Shown: one piece after another, positions 25,954 through 40,709 of the stretch
How positions within the stretch are numbered: the stretch's first letter is position 1
How the letters are laid out: each line of letters begins with the position of its first letter
NCBI RefSeq assembly: GCF_009914755.1
Contig: NC_060931.1
Reading direction: 5' to 3' (one strand)
Length of the DNA: 64,000 bases
Source: the human T2T-CHM13v2.0 reference genome, Homo sapiens
Translations under genes and position numbers: made by a program
The notes under the pieces: model-generated
What the model was told of the DNA's origin: nothing
The model's input: the letters and a program-made list of their open reading frames with translations, nothing else
The model's database searches: none

Positions 25954-28430
25954 GTACATTTCTTCTTATCAAAAGCACTTACCCCATACTGCCTACTATT
26001 ATTATGGTGGCAGTATTGTGTCTTACCAGATTCAGAAACACTGATAAGAATTTACTGTTTTTTTCTAAATTTGTACATATTGTCTATCACAGAGGCTTAA
26101 GTACAGTTTATTCACAATATTACAAAGGATAACTAAAGCAAATTTCAGGAATAACTTCCTTCCTGAAAGAATAAAATTACATCAATTGGTCCAAAATGAC
26201 TGGAGTAGCATGGCTTTTTCCATGAAACATTGACTGGTAGCTTTTTACAACCTCACTCAATCCAGATGCTTCAGTTCTGCCTGGGTTGATCAAGAACATA
26301 AAACTATCATTTAATAGGAATGCTGCTTTTACACTTGTGGAAACAGAAGCCCATTTTATCAAAGGCTCAATTTTTTATAATATTATTCTTACTATCTTAA
26401 ATCCTTAGGGTATTTAAGATGGAATTTTACAACTCAGAAGTCTAAACACATAAGAAAATACTAAGATTTAGAAATATAATAAAGAAAATATTCCCATATG
26501 ATTTTTATGATTCTGTTCACTTAAATAAAAACATCAATAGGCTTCTAAAGTCATTGATTATTTAAAGAGAATATGATGAATGCTATCCCAATTGTTTTTA
26601 CACATGAAAGAATCAGCACAAAACCCAAGAGCTGACCAATTTTACAGTGAGAAGCACATAAAAAGTAGTTTCTTATGATCTTTCAGGAGGAAATGCACTT
26701 GAAATACTGTAAGAAAGGCAGTCTTGTGATATTTCTCATTATAAAAGGTCACTGCTCCACTCATTTATCACTATTTTATGGAGAAAGCAGAGTGGGTTGT
26801 GTCTAGTTGGGAGCAATGTTGCTGAGAAGAGTTTTAAAAATTACCTGGTGTTAAGAGGGACAGAGAAATTACTAGGTGTCTTGCAAAGCACAGTTTGGAA
26901 ACATATCGCTAGTGCAAAATATCAGAGATCTTGTAAGACATGAGAGGAGAAAGAGAAATCTACACTGAAGGGACTATTTTCTTCTCTTATAAATAAATCT
27001 TCTCATCTTAAATAGGAATTATTTATGAGTTTAAAGACAAGGATACTATATCCCTCATTGCATTTAGATTTCATTTCTCTATTAGGGGGATGCGTTGGAA
27101 TTCTCTATCACTGGGGGATGATCACATACCGTAATAGACAATCATATAGCAAAAACCATACATGGAAGTATTTCATATTTTCAACAAAGGAAAAGGGAAT
27201 TTTTTACTCTACATAAATGCTAACATATCTAACGGTTATGTAATGTCGTGTTGTTGCATCAGCGTGAAAATTCATAATACATAGAATCAGTGCATAATAC
27301 TACTGCTGTGTGGGAGATGCCAGTCTGAGAGTTCTACACAGAATATTTCACTTAATTATTTAATCTTCCTAAGAAACCCATTTGGTAAGTACTAATATTA
27401 GCTCCATTTAATAGAAGAGAAAAGTGAGGTAGTTGCTAATGATTGCACAATCAATGGTGGAACTGGAATGCAAGCTTAGGCATTAATATGCAACCATACT
27501 CTACTTTCATATTTAGAAGGTCTCCTTTAATCAAATAAATGACAGAATTCTTTGATTAAACAATAACAATTACCAGAAAAGCCACTTTAGGCAGGATGTG
27601 TATTGGAAAGCAGGAATCCTTAAGGAAAAATCAAAAGAAAATTCTTGGAGTTAAAAACCATGCATTACTAAGCCTGCTATTTTATAATTTTCTCTGATGT
27701 TCATTATTATAGAATTTGTAACTGCACAGACTAAGAACTGAAATAAATTTAACATCAGTTTTTAGATCAAAATATAAAAAGCTGTTCTCACATGCTCCTC
27801 CAAAAAGTGTATGCGTGCAATCTACTCAGCCTCCCTGCCACACACTTCCAATGATATAAAATAGAAAGAACACTGTAATGTAGGTCTGTATGTGGTTGTT
27901 TTGGTAAAAAGAGATATAACATTATGATAACAATTAATTTTGCAAAATCTAAAGCACAATACAAATGATAAATGTTAATAATATTTCAAAAAGCATTATA
28001 CATAATAATGAGCAAGCACAAAACATTCCATTTTACAAAATAAAGAGAATTTCCCATTATTAACTGACATTGATTAATTTGACAGGAAAAGAAAGCAACA
28101 AATATCATCTGATTTTTTATTTTAGTATGTAAGCAACAATATTGCCTGAATTCAATTTTAACAAAAACTGAATTCCATGTAAGCATTTAAAAAGTTATAG
28201 CATTTTTCATCTTATAAAAATTAATTTGGTAAAATTATAACATGAATACTTGGCAAAGGGTGAGTTGAGTTGGTCTTTTCTCCACTTAAATGAGAATTCC
28301 AAATTAAAACAAGTATTTTAGAAGAATACACTTTTATTAATAAAAGCTAAATTCTGCTATAAAAGGAAGGAAAACAAAACAAAACAAAAAAAAATCTGTC
28401 CTGACAATGTCCACACTGAGTACACCTGGC

Positions 28431-28452
28431 AAAAAAAAAAAAAAAAAAAAAA
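28431..28452. repeat. Poly(A)22 run
   Basis: Direct inspection. Confidence 0.95.
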
Positions 28453-29406
28453 GCCACATATTTAACTTCTGAGTTTTCTAAAGCAATGCTATTCATGAAC
28501 AAGACTTTTTTTTAGATAACAAAAATAGGTAGAATGAACAGACAATTATAAATTTTTCTTCTTTCATAGCCAGGAAGTAGAATAGAGAAAACATGCAATA
28601 AAATGATATTGTTTTTTTTCAGATATATTTCCAGATGTGTAGTTCTACTATCCTTATAGTTTAAAATTTCTACCATAATGCAGATATGTATTCTATATAT
28701 TAGTGGTCCACATTATTGAGAAACATAAAAAGTGAAAATGGGTTTATTATAATTCTTTGAAGTCTCAAATTTTCTTATTGAAGTAGGGATTTTAAAATTC
28801 TAGCATATCTTTCTATTTTCACTGGTTTACTCTTCTTGGTATGTTTCATTTTCTGTTAATTCTAAACTCAAATTAGTAAATTTACTATATTATGCCTTGT
28901 CTGGGAAGTAAAATTTGATGATTTCCCAATATATTCCAAAAATAAGTACTTTTTTCTTTAAAATTGTGTCATCTTAATGTTTCTGTTTTTACCAGTGTCC
29001 TCTTAGACCAATAGACCACATAAAGTAACTACACATTCTGGTCAAAATAGAAAAGAAACAATTACCTGAAGACACAAGAGAGTGATTAAAAAGAGGGGAT
29101 TCTGCCTTAGAATAAGAGAATAGCAGGGGGTCAATTTTTAATTTTAACTTTAAATAATTTTAGCCTGAATTTTACCCTGTCAGCACCATGTGAAGCAGCT
29201 AAGATTTTGATAGAAAACCTACGGTCTTACTGCTTTATAGAACCAGACAAGAAAAATTCAAGAAAGGAGCAAGTCATTGAGGTGGAGTCCCAATTCTGCA
29301 CATAAACTCTGCCCACGTGGCTGCTCCCTGAATCATACTACATGCGTAAGGTAGGCTCCAAGCTACAATATAAGACTGAAAAATAAATGAGAATTAAGGA
29401 TGCTAT

Positions 29407-29760
29407 TATCTTAGTTCATTTAAGCTGCTATAACAAAATGACTTACACTGTCTTATAAACAACAGAAATTTCTCAGCGTCCTGGAGGCAGACAAGTCCAA
29501 GATCAAGGTGTGGGCTATATATAGTATGTAGTCAGGGCCCTCTTTATGATAGACAGTTGTCTTCTCATTGTAACTTCACATGATGAAAGGGGCCAGAGAG
29601 CTCTCTGGGTCTCTTTTAAAAAGGCACTAATCGCATTCATGAGGATTTTGCTCTATGACCTAATCACCTTCCAAAAGTCCCACTTTCCAAGAGCATCACC
29701 TTGAGAGTTAGAATTTCAACACATGCATTTTAGGAAGATACAAACACTCAGATCATAGTA
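29407..29760 (-). mobile_element. MLT1A-like solo LTR
   Basis: 'cttagttcatttaagctgctataacaaaat..aagtccaagatcaaggtg..ggcactaatcgcattcatgagg..atttcaacacatgcattt'. Confidence 0.85.
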
Positions 29761-30007
29761 GTTGCATAAACTAAGAAATATAGAGTTTGTAATTTGAGTG
29801 TAAACAAACTAAATTATAGTGTAAACATCAGGGGTCGGTAAGTGGGGGCAATGCAAAAAGGAACTTAATTCTTAAAGAAGCACAACAGAATCCAAATTAT
29901 CTACAATATGTCACTCACAATTTCCAGGACACAATTTAAAGCAGGCTGACATTTAAAAATTACAGGAAAATATGATCCTTTCTCAAAAGAAGAAAGTCAA
30001 CCGAGAC

Positions 30008-30462
30008 TGTGGCTGACTGCCACGGTTACTACTTGAGACCATCATTACAAGACTGAACAAAGGGACGAAAGTAGAAATGAAAACTTAAGACAAAAGAAAC
30101 TGTTTTAAAGGAAGGGAAACCGGGGAAGAAGAAGAGAGCTCCCTGCTTCTAGTGAGCAAAGGCAGCTCCTGACCTTCTACAGCCCTTCATATTTATTGGG
30201 TAGCAAGAGCAGGGAGGAGGAGGTAACGATTGGTCAGCTGCTTAATTGATCATAGGTTCATATTATTACTAACAGGCTTCAGATATATCTAATCACAAGA
30301 AACATTGCGCTTGGGGGGTGACTGCCCTCAGCATCCCTTCTGGGTGGCAGTTTGTCTGTCTGCCAACATTCTGCATTTATGAGAAACAGCTTGCTGCTTA
30401 CTCATGTAGCCTCCAGTGGTATACTGAGTTGATCACGACCCTCAGTCCTTCAGCCTCCAACA
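30008..30462 (-). mobile_element. LTR22 (HERV-K22/HML-5) solo LTR
   Basis: Minus strand begins tgttggaggctgaaggactgagggtcgtgatcaactcagtataccactggaggc; perfect 6-bp TSD cgagac at 30002-30007 and 30463-30468. Confidence 0.9.
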
Positions 30463-31121
30463 CGAGACAAACCTCAAGATGATGCAAATATTGGTTGTAG
30501 TAAACAAAAATTTTAAAGCAGCCATAACTATGTTCAAGGAAATTAAAAAAAGAAAAATATATTTTAAATGAATGAACAAACATAGAGTCTCAGTAGAGAA
30601 GAAAAAAAACATAAAAAGTAAACTAGTTGGAAGTCTGGATTGAGAAAATTCCCTATATAGTCTGACCAGATCTCTGAGAGGTAAACAGGTTTAACAGTGA
30701 AACAGAAAGGTCAGAAGAGTCAGAATACATGAAGATAGAGGGAAACAAAGGATCCAATGTGAATCACACAGTGGGGAAAAAAATGACAAATATGAACAGC
30801 AGCCAGTGCTCAAATACTATTCTCCAATAAAAGAAACCAGATATTTTCAGAGAAATGGCTGACTGTAGGGCCAGAACAGGGAAAATATAAGATGACCCTA
30901 GAGCACCTTATACTACCAAAAAGTAATATAGTGCTTACAAAACAGGTTGGGAAATGTCAAAGTGACACAGAAACCAACCTGAAAGTACTCCCAGTAGTCA
31001 ATTCTAGAACAATTTGAGGAACAAAATAATGTGGTATTAAATTATAACCGAAAGTATACAATAAATATATATAAGTTCATACTGATATATATATATAACT
31101 GACTGAATACAGAAATGAGAA

Positions 31122-31772
31122 AGAAGAATGAAATCAGACTCTTATCTCACACCATATACAAAAGTAAACTCAAAGTGTATTAAAACCTTAAATTTCAGAC
31201 CCAACATTATAAACCTAGTAGAAGAAAACAGAGGGGAAAGCTCCACAACATTGGTCTGGGCAATGCTTCTTTGGATACGACCCCAAAAGCACAGGCAACA
31301 TAAGCAAAAATAGACAAATGAGATTACGTCAAACTGAAAGCTTCTGCCCAATAAAGGAAACAATCAACTGACTGAAGACACAACCTATGGAATGTGAGAA
31401 TATATTTGCAACCATACATCTGATAAGGGGATAATATCTAAAATATACAAGGAACTCAAATAATTCAATAGCATGAAAACAAATAACCTGATTTTAAAAT
31501 GGGCAAAGGACCATTTGAATAGATATTTCTCAAAAGACATATAAATGGCCAACAAGTATGTGAAAAAACGCTCAACCAAGCACCACGAAAATGCAAATCA
31601 GAACCACAATGAAACATCACCTTACACCTGTTGGAATAGCTATTATCAAAAAGATGAAGGATAAGGAGTATATAAAAAAGAAAACCCTGGCATATTGTTG
31701 GTTCAAACATAAATCAGCACAGCCATTATGGAAAACAGTATGGAATTTCCTCAAAAAATTTAAAAAAAAAAA
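31122..31772 (+). mobile_element. L1MA/L1PB-age ORF2 3' fragment ending in an A-run
   Basis: 'MKSDSYLTPYTKVNSKCIK', 'MQIRTTMKHHLTPVGIAIIKK..QPLWKTVWNFLKK' are L1 ORF2p C-terminal motifs. Confidence 0.85.
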
Positions 31773-32251
31773 CAAACTTATTTAATAGAAAATTTCCAAG
31801 TAATATATGTAGCTACTTTCCCCTTTAGGAATTGAAGGTTAATCTCTCTGCTCTTGAGGGTGGGTTGGGCTTACTAATTTATTTCCAAACATTAGGGAAA
31901 AAATCATAACTTCGCTGCGGATAAATCTGGCAAACAAAATCTTGTATAATTGATGAAGTTAACGTAACTACAGATAGCACGTGGACATCATGTACCTCCT
32001 GATTTGATGTGATGAGAAGGGCACTTTACCTCTGTACCTCTCATTTCAAAAGCCAATAACCCCAGTTCAATTATGAGAAAAGTATCAGACAAAACCAAAT
32101 TGAAGAAGATTCCATATGTATTTATCGTAATTCTCAAAACCGTCATGCAACACTAAGAAATTATCACAGACCAAAGAAGACTTGGGAGACTTGACAACTA
32201 AATGCATTGTGGTAACCCGCATTGGATCCTGGAAGAGAAAGGGGATATTAG

Positions 32252-32575
<324 letters not shown>

Positions 32576-33467
32576 GGATAGTAGTATTTTAAAACAACTG
32601 GTGAAATACAAATAAAACCTGCAGTTTTTTTAAGAGTAATGTGCCAATGTTGTCCTCTTAGTTTTAGTAAATATATAATGGTAATGAAAGATGTTTGCCA
32701 TGGAGCAAATTGGGTGAGAAGTATACAGGAACTCTGAGTACTGCCTTGCAACTTTCTAAAATATAAAATTTATTTTTAAAATACAGAGCCTCGAGCACCT
32801 TGGACAAATATTATAAAGTATAACATACATGTAATTAGATTTGTGAAAGAAAAGAAGAAAGAAGGCAGAAAAATAAGGAATAGCAGCTAAATGTTTTCCC
32901 CAAATTTCTAGAGGAATCTAAATTTAGAAATTCAAGAAACTCAGCCAAATATAAACAGAATAAATCCATAAAAAATTAAACCTAGACATATTACACTTAC
33001 TAGTGAAAATTAAAGAGCAATTGAAAAATCTCAAAAGCAGCCAGAGAAAACTCATTCAGTATATTTTGAGAACAACAGTCTTAATTATTGCTGAGTTCTC
33101 ATTAGAAACACTGTGGACTGGAAAACAGTGGGACATCCTTAAATTGCTGGGAAAAAAATAAAGTGAAATTTCAACCAAGAATTCTATATTCACCAAAAAT
33201 ATTATTTAAAATGAGGAGAAAATAAGGACATTTTCAGGGTAAGACAACTAGATGAATTCATTGCCAGCAGTCCTTCACTACAGGAAATTCTAAAGTTTTT
33301 CAAGCTGAGGGGAAATAATACCAGATGGTAATTTGCATCTACCAGAAAGAATGAAGAGCTTTGAAACTGTAAATATATGGGCACATATAAAGTATTATGT
33401 TTTTCCTCTTAATTAAAAAATATATGACTGTTTAAAGCAAATATTCTAACATATTGCATGGCTTCTA

Positions 33468-33744
<277 letters not shown>

Positions 33745-34899
33745 CTAAGCTCTTACATTTTATGTAAATTGGTAAAATATCAATTCTAAATAGACTATGA
33801 AGAGTAAGGACTGTATATTATTTTCTCTGGGGCAAAGTAAAAAATAATACAATAGCTCAAACAGATATATTTAAATAGCTAACAAAATAAACTATATTTC
33901 TAAAATATTTTAATCCAAAATTAATTTTAAACTAATAAGAAAAAGAGAAACAAAAACCAAAAAGGACAAATGAAAATAAATAATAAAAAGGTAAATATAA
34001 ATTCAATCATATCAATAATTATAATAAACATTAGTGGATTAAAACTCCCATTAAAAGACAGAGATTGTCCCTTTCTGTGTCCATTTCTCTCTCTCTCTCT
34101 CTCATTTACAAGATGTCTGCCTTCACTATATTTCCCTGTCTTGACTTCTCAAAGGCACTCAATCTCTAATTCTTTCCAGTAGACTCATATCCTCACCACT
34201 GTACAGGAATTGATATTTTAAAACACAGCAGCTCCATTTTATCCAATTGTCAATTTTCAAAACTCAATTTAACTACATAGTATGTGTCATTATTGATTAT
34301 TCCATTCTTGATTCAGCTATTTCTCTTTCTCTACCTCCCTCCCTCCATTTCCTCATTTTTCCTAAATGCCTGTGCTGATGGATTTTCCTACCTCTTAGTT
34401 CTTCTTTTATATTTCCTATAGCTTATTCTAACCCCTAAATATTAATGTTTCCAACATTTCTTTCCTCAGTTAATTTTTTTTCACTTTTATTTTTTACTTT
34501 CCTCTTACTTGTCCATCTCTTTGTCTGCCCATACTCAATTATTTCTTAAATGCAGTGACAAGAAAATCAAAATCTCTAACTGGTTCTTCATGAAGGATAT
34601 TTTTTCTAGGATATTTTTAAATGTCAAAGATGTCACATATTCATTTGACATCTGAAAACTATATGACTTATATTAGTCAGAGACATGAAATAAATTATTA
34701 AACATTATTTTTTATCTACCAGATTAGTATTCCCAAAGCCCAGTCTTTAATGTGGTCCTCTTTTACTTAAAAACTCTGATGGTTTTCCAGTGGGCACCAA
34801 GCAAAGTCCAGTATATTTAGCCTTGCCACTTAAACTCTCTTTAAGATATATGCATATTGATTAACACAATGCTTCTCTCACTACTTTTCATGCAGCTTT

Positions 34900-35398
34900 T
34901 TGTCAGGGACTGGAAAAGAAAGAGTACATGCCTCAAATTTTCTTGCAGCTGTCTCTGCATATTAGTTAGCTTCAAGAAAGGGATGCCCTTTTAGTATTTG
35001 GAAGGAAGTGAGAACATCAGATGGTAGGCATGTGGTTCTTCAGTAAATAATGTGACAGTAGCATGCTGCAACTGTAGGAGAATCCCTACGGTAAAGTCAA
35101 TTCCCATTTGTGGATACTCAGCTGCAGTGACAGGTCATTTTACCTGAGTCTCTTTCTTAATTATGTTAGAGTGAGCAAGGTGGCTTCCTGTAATGACTAC
35201 TGTGGCAGTTGTTTTCTTGCTAAGCCCATTTTGTAATGAGATTCTGGGGCTGTGAAATAACTCTGGAATCAGAGCCGAGAACACCTTCCCTGGGCTTTCC
35301 CAATTATGCTATAAAATATTTAATCATCTCTTTAATCCCCTTTCTGTTTGAGCTAGCTAGAGTAGAATTTGCTTTCTGCAACTGAATCCTACCTAAAA
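34900..35398 (+). mobile_element. Degraded ERVL-class LTR (LTR33/41-like)
   Basis: 3' end 'aatcccctttctgtttgagctagctagagtagaatttgctttctgcaactgaatcc'. Confidence 0.5.
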
Positions 35399-38300
35399 AA
35401 TTTATCACTAACCTATGTGCAGGATAATGTGCATTTTTTTTACGACCCCCATATACAACTTATACTCCAGGAAAATTTAGCAACTTGCTACTCCCCTTTT
35501 TAGTCCTTTTTTCTACTCCCATATCTCTGTTCAAACTATTCCTTCTATATGTCATGGCTTAATGCCTTCCCCCTCCGATATTCATACATTCAATTATTCT
35601 CCATGCTACAAAGCTTAAATGTTACATAGCTCATAAAGCTTTACTAATATCATCAACCAAAGCAATGTCCTCCTTCCTACTTTCCATAACATTTTACTTA
35701 TATTTTATCCTCTCTTTTAGGCTGTTTCATCTGCACTTATCTCTGAATATTTAAAGGCAGATGCAATTTAATTTCTGTTTGTGTTATATTTTTGTCACCC
35801 AGCAAACAGTTCACTTGTTTTACCAAGCAGTGCTCCAAATGGCATCAGTCCATCCAAGCCTTACGCTACTCACTGAAGCCCAAATAATAGAGAAATTCAT
35901 CCTCCCTTCTTTGCTTAATAGCAAGTGGAAGAGCCATTGTAGCACATATTTGGACCATCTAATGAATAATTAGCTTGCATAATTTTGGAAACAGTCTTTC
36001 AACTCTGTGTAAACTAGAAAGTTGACCTAATCAAAGAAATAATATCACATCCTTGCTGGGAGGTTAAGGATACCTCAGTTTACTATTCATTTTTGTCTCT
36101 TTCTGATTATTAGCTGTCACCCTATTTGATAATCATATAGCAAACATCACAAAACTGGGACTTTAATTGGAAAACTGACAATCTGTAAAAAAAAAAAAAT
36201 GGAACTCATTTCTTCTGACAGGAACAGTATTTCTAGTGTAATAAATATCGTTTTGCTTAAGCAATGTCTCCTAAATGTAGATGACTGTGTTTGTTACTTA
36301 TGCTTCCAATCAGAGCATCAGAGAAAAAAATGAACTTAGTGCATAGGGTCAAGTACTAAGGTTTAGACTCTGACTGGAATTGCAGTGAATTGTGCTAAAT
36401 TAGACCTCAATAAATATCTGAAGATTAAATCCATGGACAAGAAAAAGAAAGAGAGAGAGAAAAATTAATTATTTATTTCATTCATTCTGGGGATGAAGCA
36501 GGCCAGAGAGATTTTAGAAACCAAATATATCTACAAAGCACAACACTGAAGAGACTATTTGATCTACCTGCACATTGAGTTGACCATGTATCAGGATCAA
36601 TTAAGGCAACAAAGTACATTTTAATGATTTTTATTCTAAACTAGTTTTGACATGGTGGGAAAAAAAGCAGATCGAATGAGAAACCTGAAGCAGATAAAGC
36701 TTGTGAAAGTAGATTGAACATTATTGAATGTAATATAAACACAAAGAAGTCTATAACTGATATAAAAGTAGATATACCAGTGAAGCAATTCCCAATTAGT
36801 TGTACTTTGTCAAAAGCCAATATGATTCAGCATTAGGTAAGATTATGTGGCAAGTCTCACCTCCTTTGGGAGTCTAGATTTGGTCTAACAATTTGAAGAA
36901 GTTTTTTAACATGCATCTTGGTAGCATTTATTTGTACATTTAAGAAACTGTCCTTATGTAAAACCAAACTTTTTTGTTCATTTGAAAATTCCTGTTTTGA
37001 AGAACCATGGTTTAGACGGCAAAAGTACCAACACTTTCTGTTTACAGAAATAGTATTTGTACCTGGGGCAGTATATGTTATGCAAAGTATTCGCTTTACC
37101 AGTGAAAATGAGAATCCTCATTTTAATATAATTTCCAGAGGCTTAGATCATGCTTTGAACTGTAATCACCTGCAGGGGAAACTTAGAGATCAAAAATATC
37201 CATTTGCTTCCAGAACCCAAATATAGCATTTTCTCTGCAAGAAACTGGCTTTGATTTCTCCCCCAAAATTTAAGTTTCAGCATACTGCTAAGTAATGCAG
37301 TGGAGTAAGGAAAGTAAGATAGTATAAAATTTTAGAAACCATGTAATTACAGCTAAACAATAGTTTATATATAAACATGCTTACAGTTCTTATGAATTAA
37401 TGAATAGTTGTAACATATTTTATTTGGACTTCTTAAAATGTCTCATTGGAAAACATGATTTCTAGAGATATTTTAAAAAATTTATACAATATATGAGGCT
37501 GAGAAACTCTAGGTTTTATTAACTTTAATGTACCTCAATAAGCTTTTATACTTGCTTGTTTTAGGAGTATCCCTGTGAACCCAAATAATTGAATTTATAC
37601 AAAGATCACCTAATACATAGCTTGATAAAATTTTCACATTTGAGCATATGGTGTTATTGTATGTATAACCTGGGTGACTATAAGCCATTTGACAGAAAAG
37701 TAACTTCCTCTAAACCTGATTCTTATTCCACCACCACAGAATAAATTCCATCTCTGACCAAACTGTGATAGGGGTAATAGGATGTTAGAAATTAAATAAA
37801 TCCTTTTTGAAAAACATTACTTTCCTAGATTAAACATGTCTTGCTTCTCCATTTATCTTGGCCTTCTTGGTCTTTGCTGGGTTAATCTTTTTCTTTTTGT
37901 AAATTCTTCAGTTATCTTTCTAACCTAATATTAAAAAGTCCAGATTTAAGATACTAGGAGCAACATAGCATTAATATTTATATGTTCCATTTACAACTTT
38001 TTTGTTCTAAGTCCTTGCAAAGTCTTTTAATTCTAAAATAATTGTTTCATTATTAACAAAATAATTACATTATTAAAGTTTGGTTTTAGATCTATAAGTC
38101 ATTTAATTATAAAAAATGCTTTGGTATATATACCTTATAATAATATATGGAATTGTAATAAACTATATAGCCATTTGTAGGTAGTATAGTCAGTAAATTA
38201 TTAGAAAGTGTTGAATAATGATGAATTAGACTGGTAATAAAAATAAAGAAAAATTTACTGGTTGAAATTGTGGTTTAGTAATAGAAGACAATAATCTGAG

Positions 38301-39180
38301 GAAAAAACAAATTAATACTGAAAAAGAAGAATAAATTACCACTGGTGAAAAAAATGTAGATTAATTTTACAGTTACTAACATCCACATGATAGAATAAAA
38401 AGTAGGATATTATTTACATGAATACATACAATGTTCTGCACACATTAAGTTGGGGTCAGGAAAGACTGTGGATACTAAAGTGATATTATAAGACTTCAAA
38501 ATATTTGCCATAATATGATAATCAAAAGATTTATAAGCAAAGGCTTAAAATGGTCTCAAATAGTTGGCACTACAAGGCCACCTAAAAAAAAGAGGAACTC
38601 AAATGAAGACAATAGAGAAAATTTTAAAAAGGGTCTTTAGATTTTGTGTATATTTGTAAATTCAAGGAGGTATGTTTCGAACATCTGAGGTGGAACAGTG
38701 TATGGTTTTCCCTGCTGACCCAAACAGTGTGGTGACAAATCAAAAAGCTGTGGATCCAGTTCCCTCTCTGGTTCCCCTTGCTAGTCTATGTCTCTGCTTA
38801 GAGTAAACCATGCATCAGGAAAAGGCTGAGGCCTGGGCTCAAACCCATTGAAGTATTGTGCTATTTAGATGGTCCTCTTTGCCTTTACTCTTGCCAAGGA
38901 GGTTAGGGTTACTACGGAAGGTTAAAAGCAGGAAGTCAGTTAGCAACTCAACCTAAATTTCATACTCTAAAAAACGAACAGATATCCTAAAAGACCATCC
39001 CTTTCTACCTATTACAGTATCAGGCAGAATAATCTAAAAATGAATAAATTAGAAAACCACCTCTAACATTAGGAAATAAAAATTTTAAAAGCACCTTTTT
39101 CTACTAGTAAATATTTTAAAGTCAAAAGCATTTGATAATTGTCTGCAATGAAAGAACTAGGTGATTTCAAATACAGTATC

Positions 39181-39555
39181 TGATATGGTTTGGCTGTGTG
39201 CCCATCCAAATCTCATCTTAAATTGTAGTTCCTATAATCCCCATGATTCATGGAAGGGACCAGGTGACAGGTAATTGAATCATGGGGGTGAGTACCTCCA
39301 TGCTGTTCTCCTGATAGTAAGTGAGTTCTCGAGATCTGATGGTTGTATAAGGGGCTTTTCCCCCACTTCGCTCTGCACTTCTCCTTGCTGTCACCATACG
39401 AAGAAGGACTTGTTTGCTTCCCCTTCCACCAGAATTGTAAGTTTCTTGAGGCTTCCCCAGCCATGTGGAACTGCAAATCAATTAAACCTCTTTTCTTTAT
39501 AAATTACCCAGCCTTGGGTATGTCTTTATTAGTAGCCTGAGAATGAACTAATACA
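39181..39555 (+). mobile_element. THE1 (C-like) MaLR solo LTR
   Basis: tgatatggtttggctgtgt..aaatctcatctt...attaaacctcttttctttataaattaccca..gaactaataca. Confidence 0.93.
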
Positions 39556-39699
39556 GCATGTATGACTCAAAGTTCATCTTAAAGAAAGAGAGAAAAATAC
39601 CAACAAAGTTGGGGATAGAGTTGTGAAGTTATAGTATCCCTGACAAATTAACTACAAGATTATCATACTCATGTGTTAGCTTTACTAGCATTAGTAATC

Positions 39700-40463
39700 T
39701 CTAGCATACTAAACAAAATGATTGGAGAGGAGAGACTAGAATCAGGAAAATCTATTAGGAGGTTAGGCCAAAGAAGTAGTAGAAGTTAGAGCAGAAATGT
39801 GATAGTAGAGTAGGACTCAAGCAATTCCACAAGTAGAATGATGAGAATTGGTGGCCATCAGGATGTGGTGAGTAAGCAGAATGGATATAGAAAGATTCTG
39901 AAAGCTGCTAGTTTAATGAGCAGAGTCAGTAATCCTATCGACTACTACAGGAAAACCTCGAGGATGAGTAATGTTTTGGTTTGGAAAGAAGATAAAAAAT
40001 TTAATTTCATGCCAATTCATTTAAGGAATCTAATTTTCAGGAGTGAAAGACATGTAAATCAATATCAGGATAAAGACATTGAAGGGACTGGAATCACTAA
40101 GCAGAGATTATTGGAAGTGCCAAGAAGAAGGAAAACACCAGGAAAGATTAATGGGTGTAATATAAGTAAGAGAAAACCATTCAGGAAAAAAAGGATGTTT
40201 GATAATACCACATGACACTAAGAAACTACATGAGATGAGATTTGAGAGGAAATCATTAGATTTTCCAGTTTGGCAGTTGTTGGTAACTTTTCAAAAAATA
40301 TGCTCAATCAGTTGTAGGGATTATTAGATTATTGCAAATCAAGAAGTAAAATGGTGTCTGGAAAGTTAAGACAAATACGTAGATTGTTCCTTGAAGACAA
40401 TAGAAGGACATGGAAAAGATAAAAGTGAAGCCTTTGGTGTGGTCAGAATCAAAGGAAGTAGGC

Positions 40464-40465
<2 letters not shown>
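39700..40465 (-). mobile_element. L2 fragment
   Basis: Purine-rich L2-like 'ggagagactagaatcaggaaaatctattaggagg', 'gatgagatttgagaggaaatcattagattt'. Confidence 0.55.
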
Positions 40466-40467
<2 letters not shown>

Positions 40468-40516
<49 letters not shown>

Positions 40517-40523
40517 CGTGTGT
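40468..40523. repeat. (TG)n microsatellite with terminal TGCG units
   Basis: Direct inspection. Confidence 0.96.
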
Positions 40524-40709
40524 TTCTGCTTTTCTTGCCTAGAAGTGGCTTGAGTAAACCGATAAGAAACCAGCAAAGAGAAAAATTGAAGACTTAGCAA
40601 AGCAAGGGTATCATAATGGTAACAATGACTGGAGATAGAAGAAAAGAAATTGGGGAAAAAAAGAACAAAAAGGTGCCTGATTCAAATACAGATATATATC
40701 TGATGCCTA

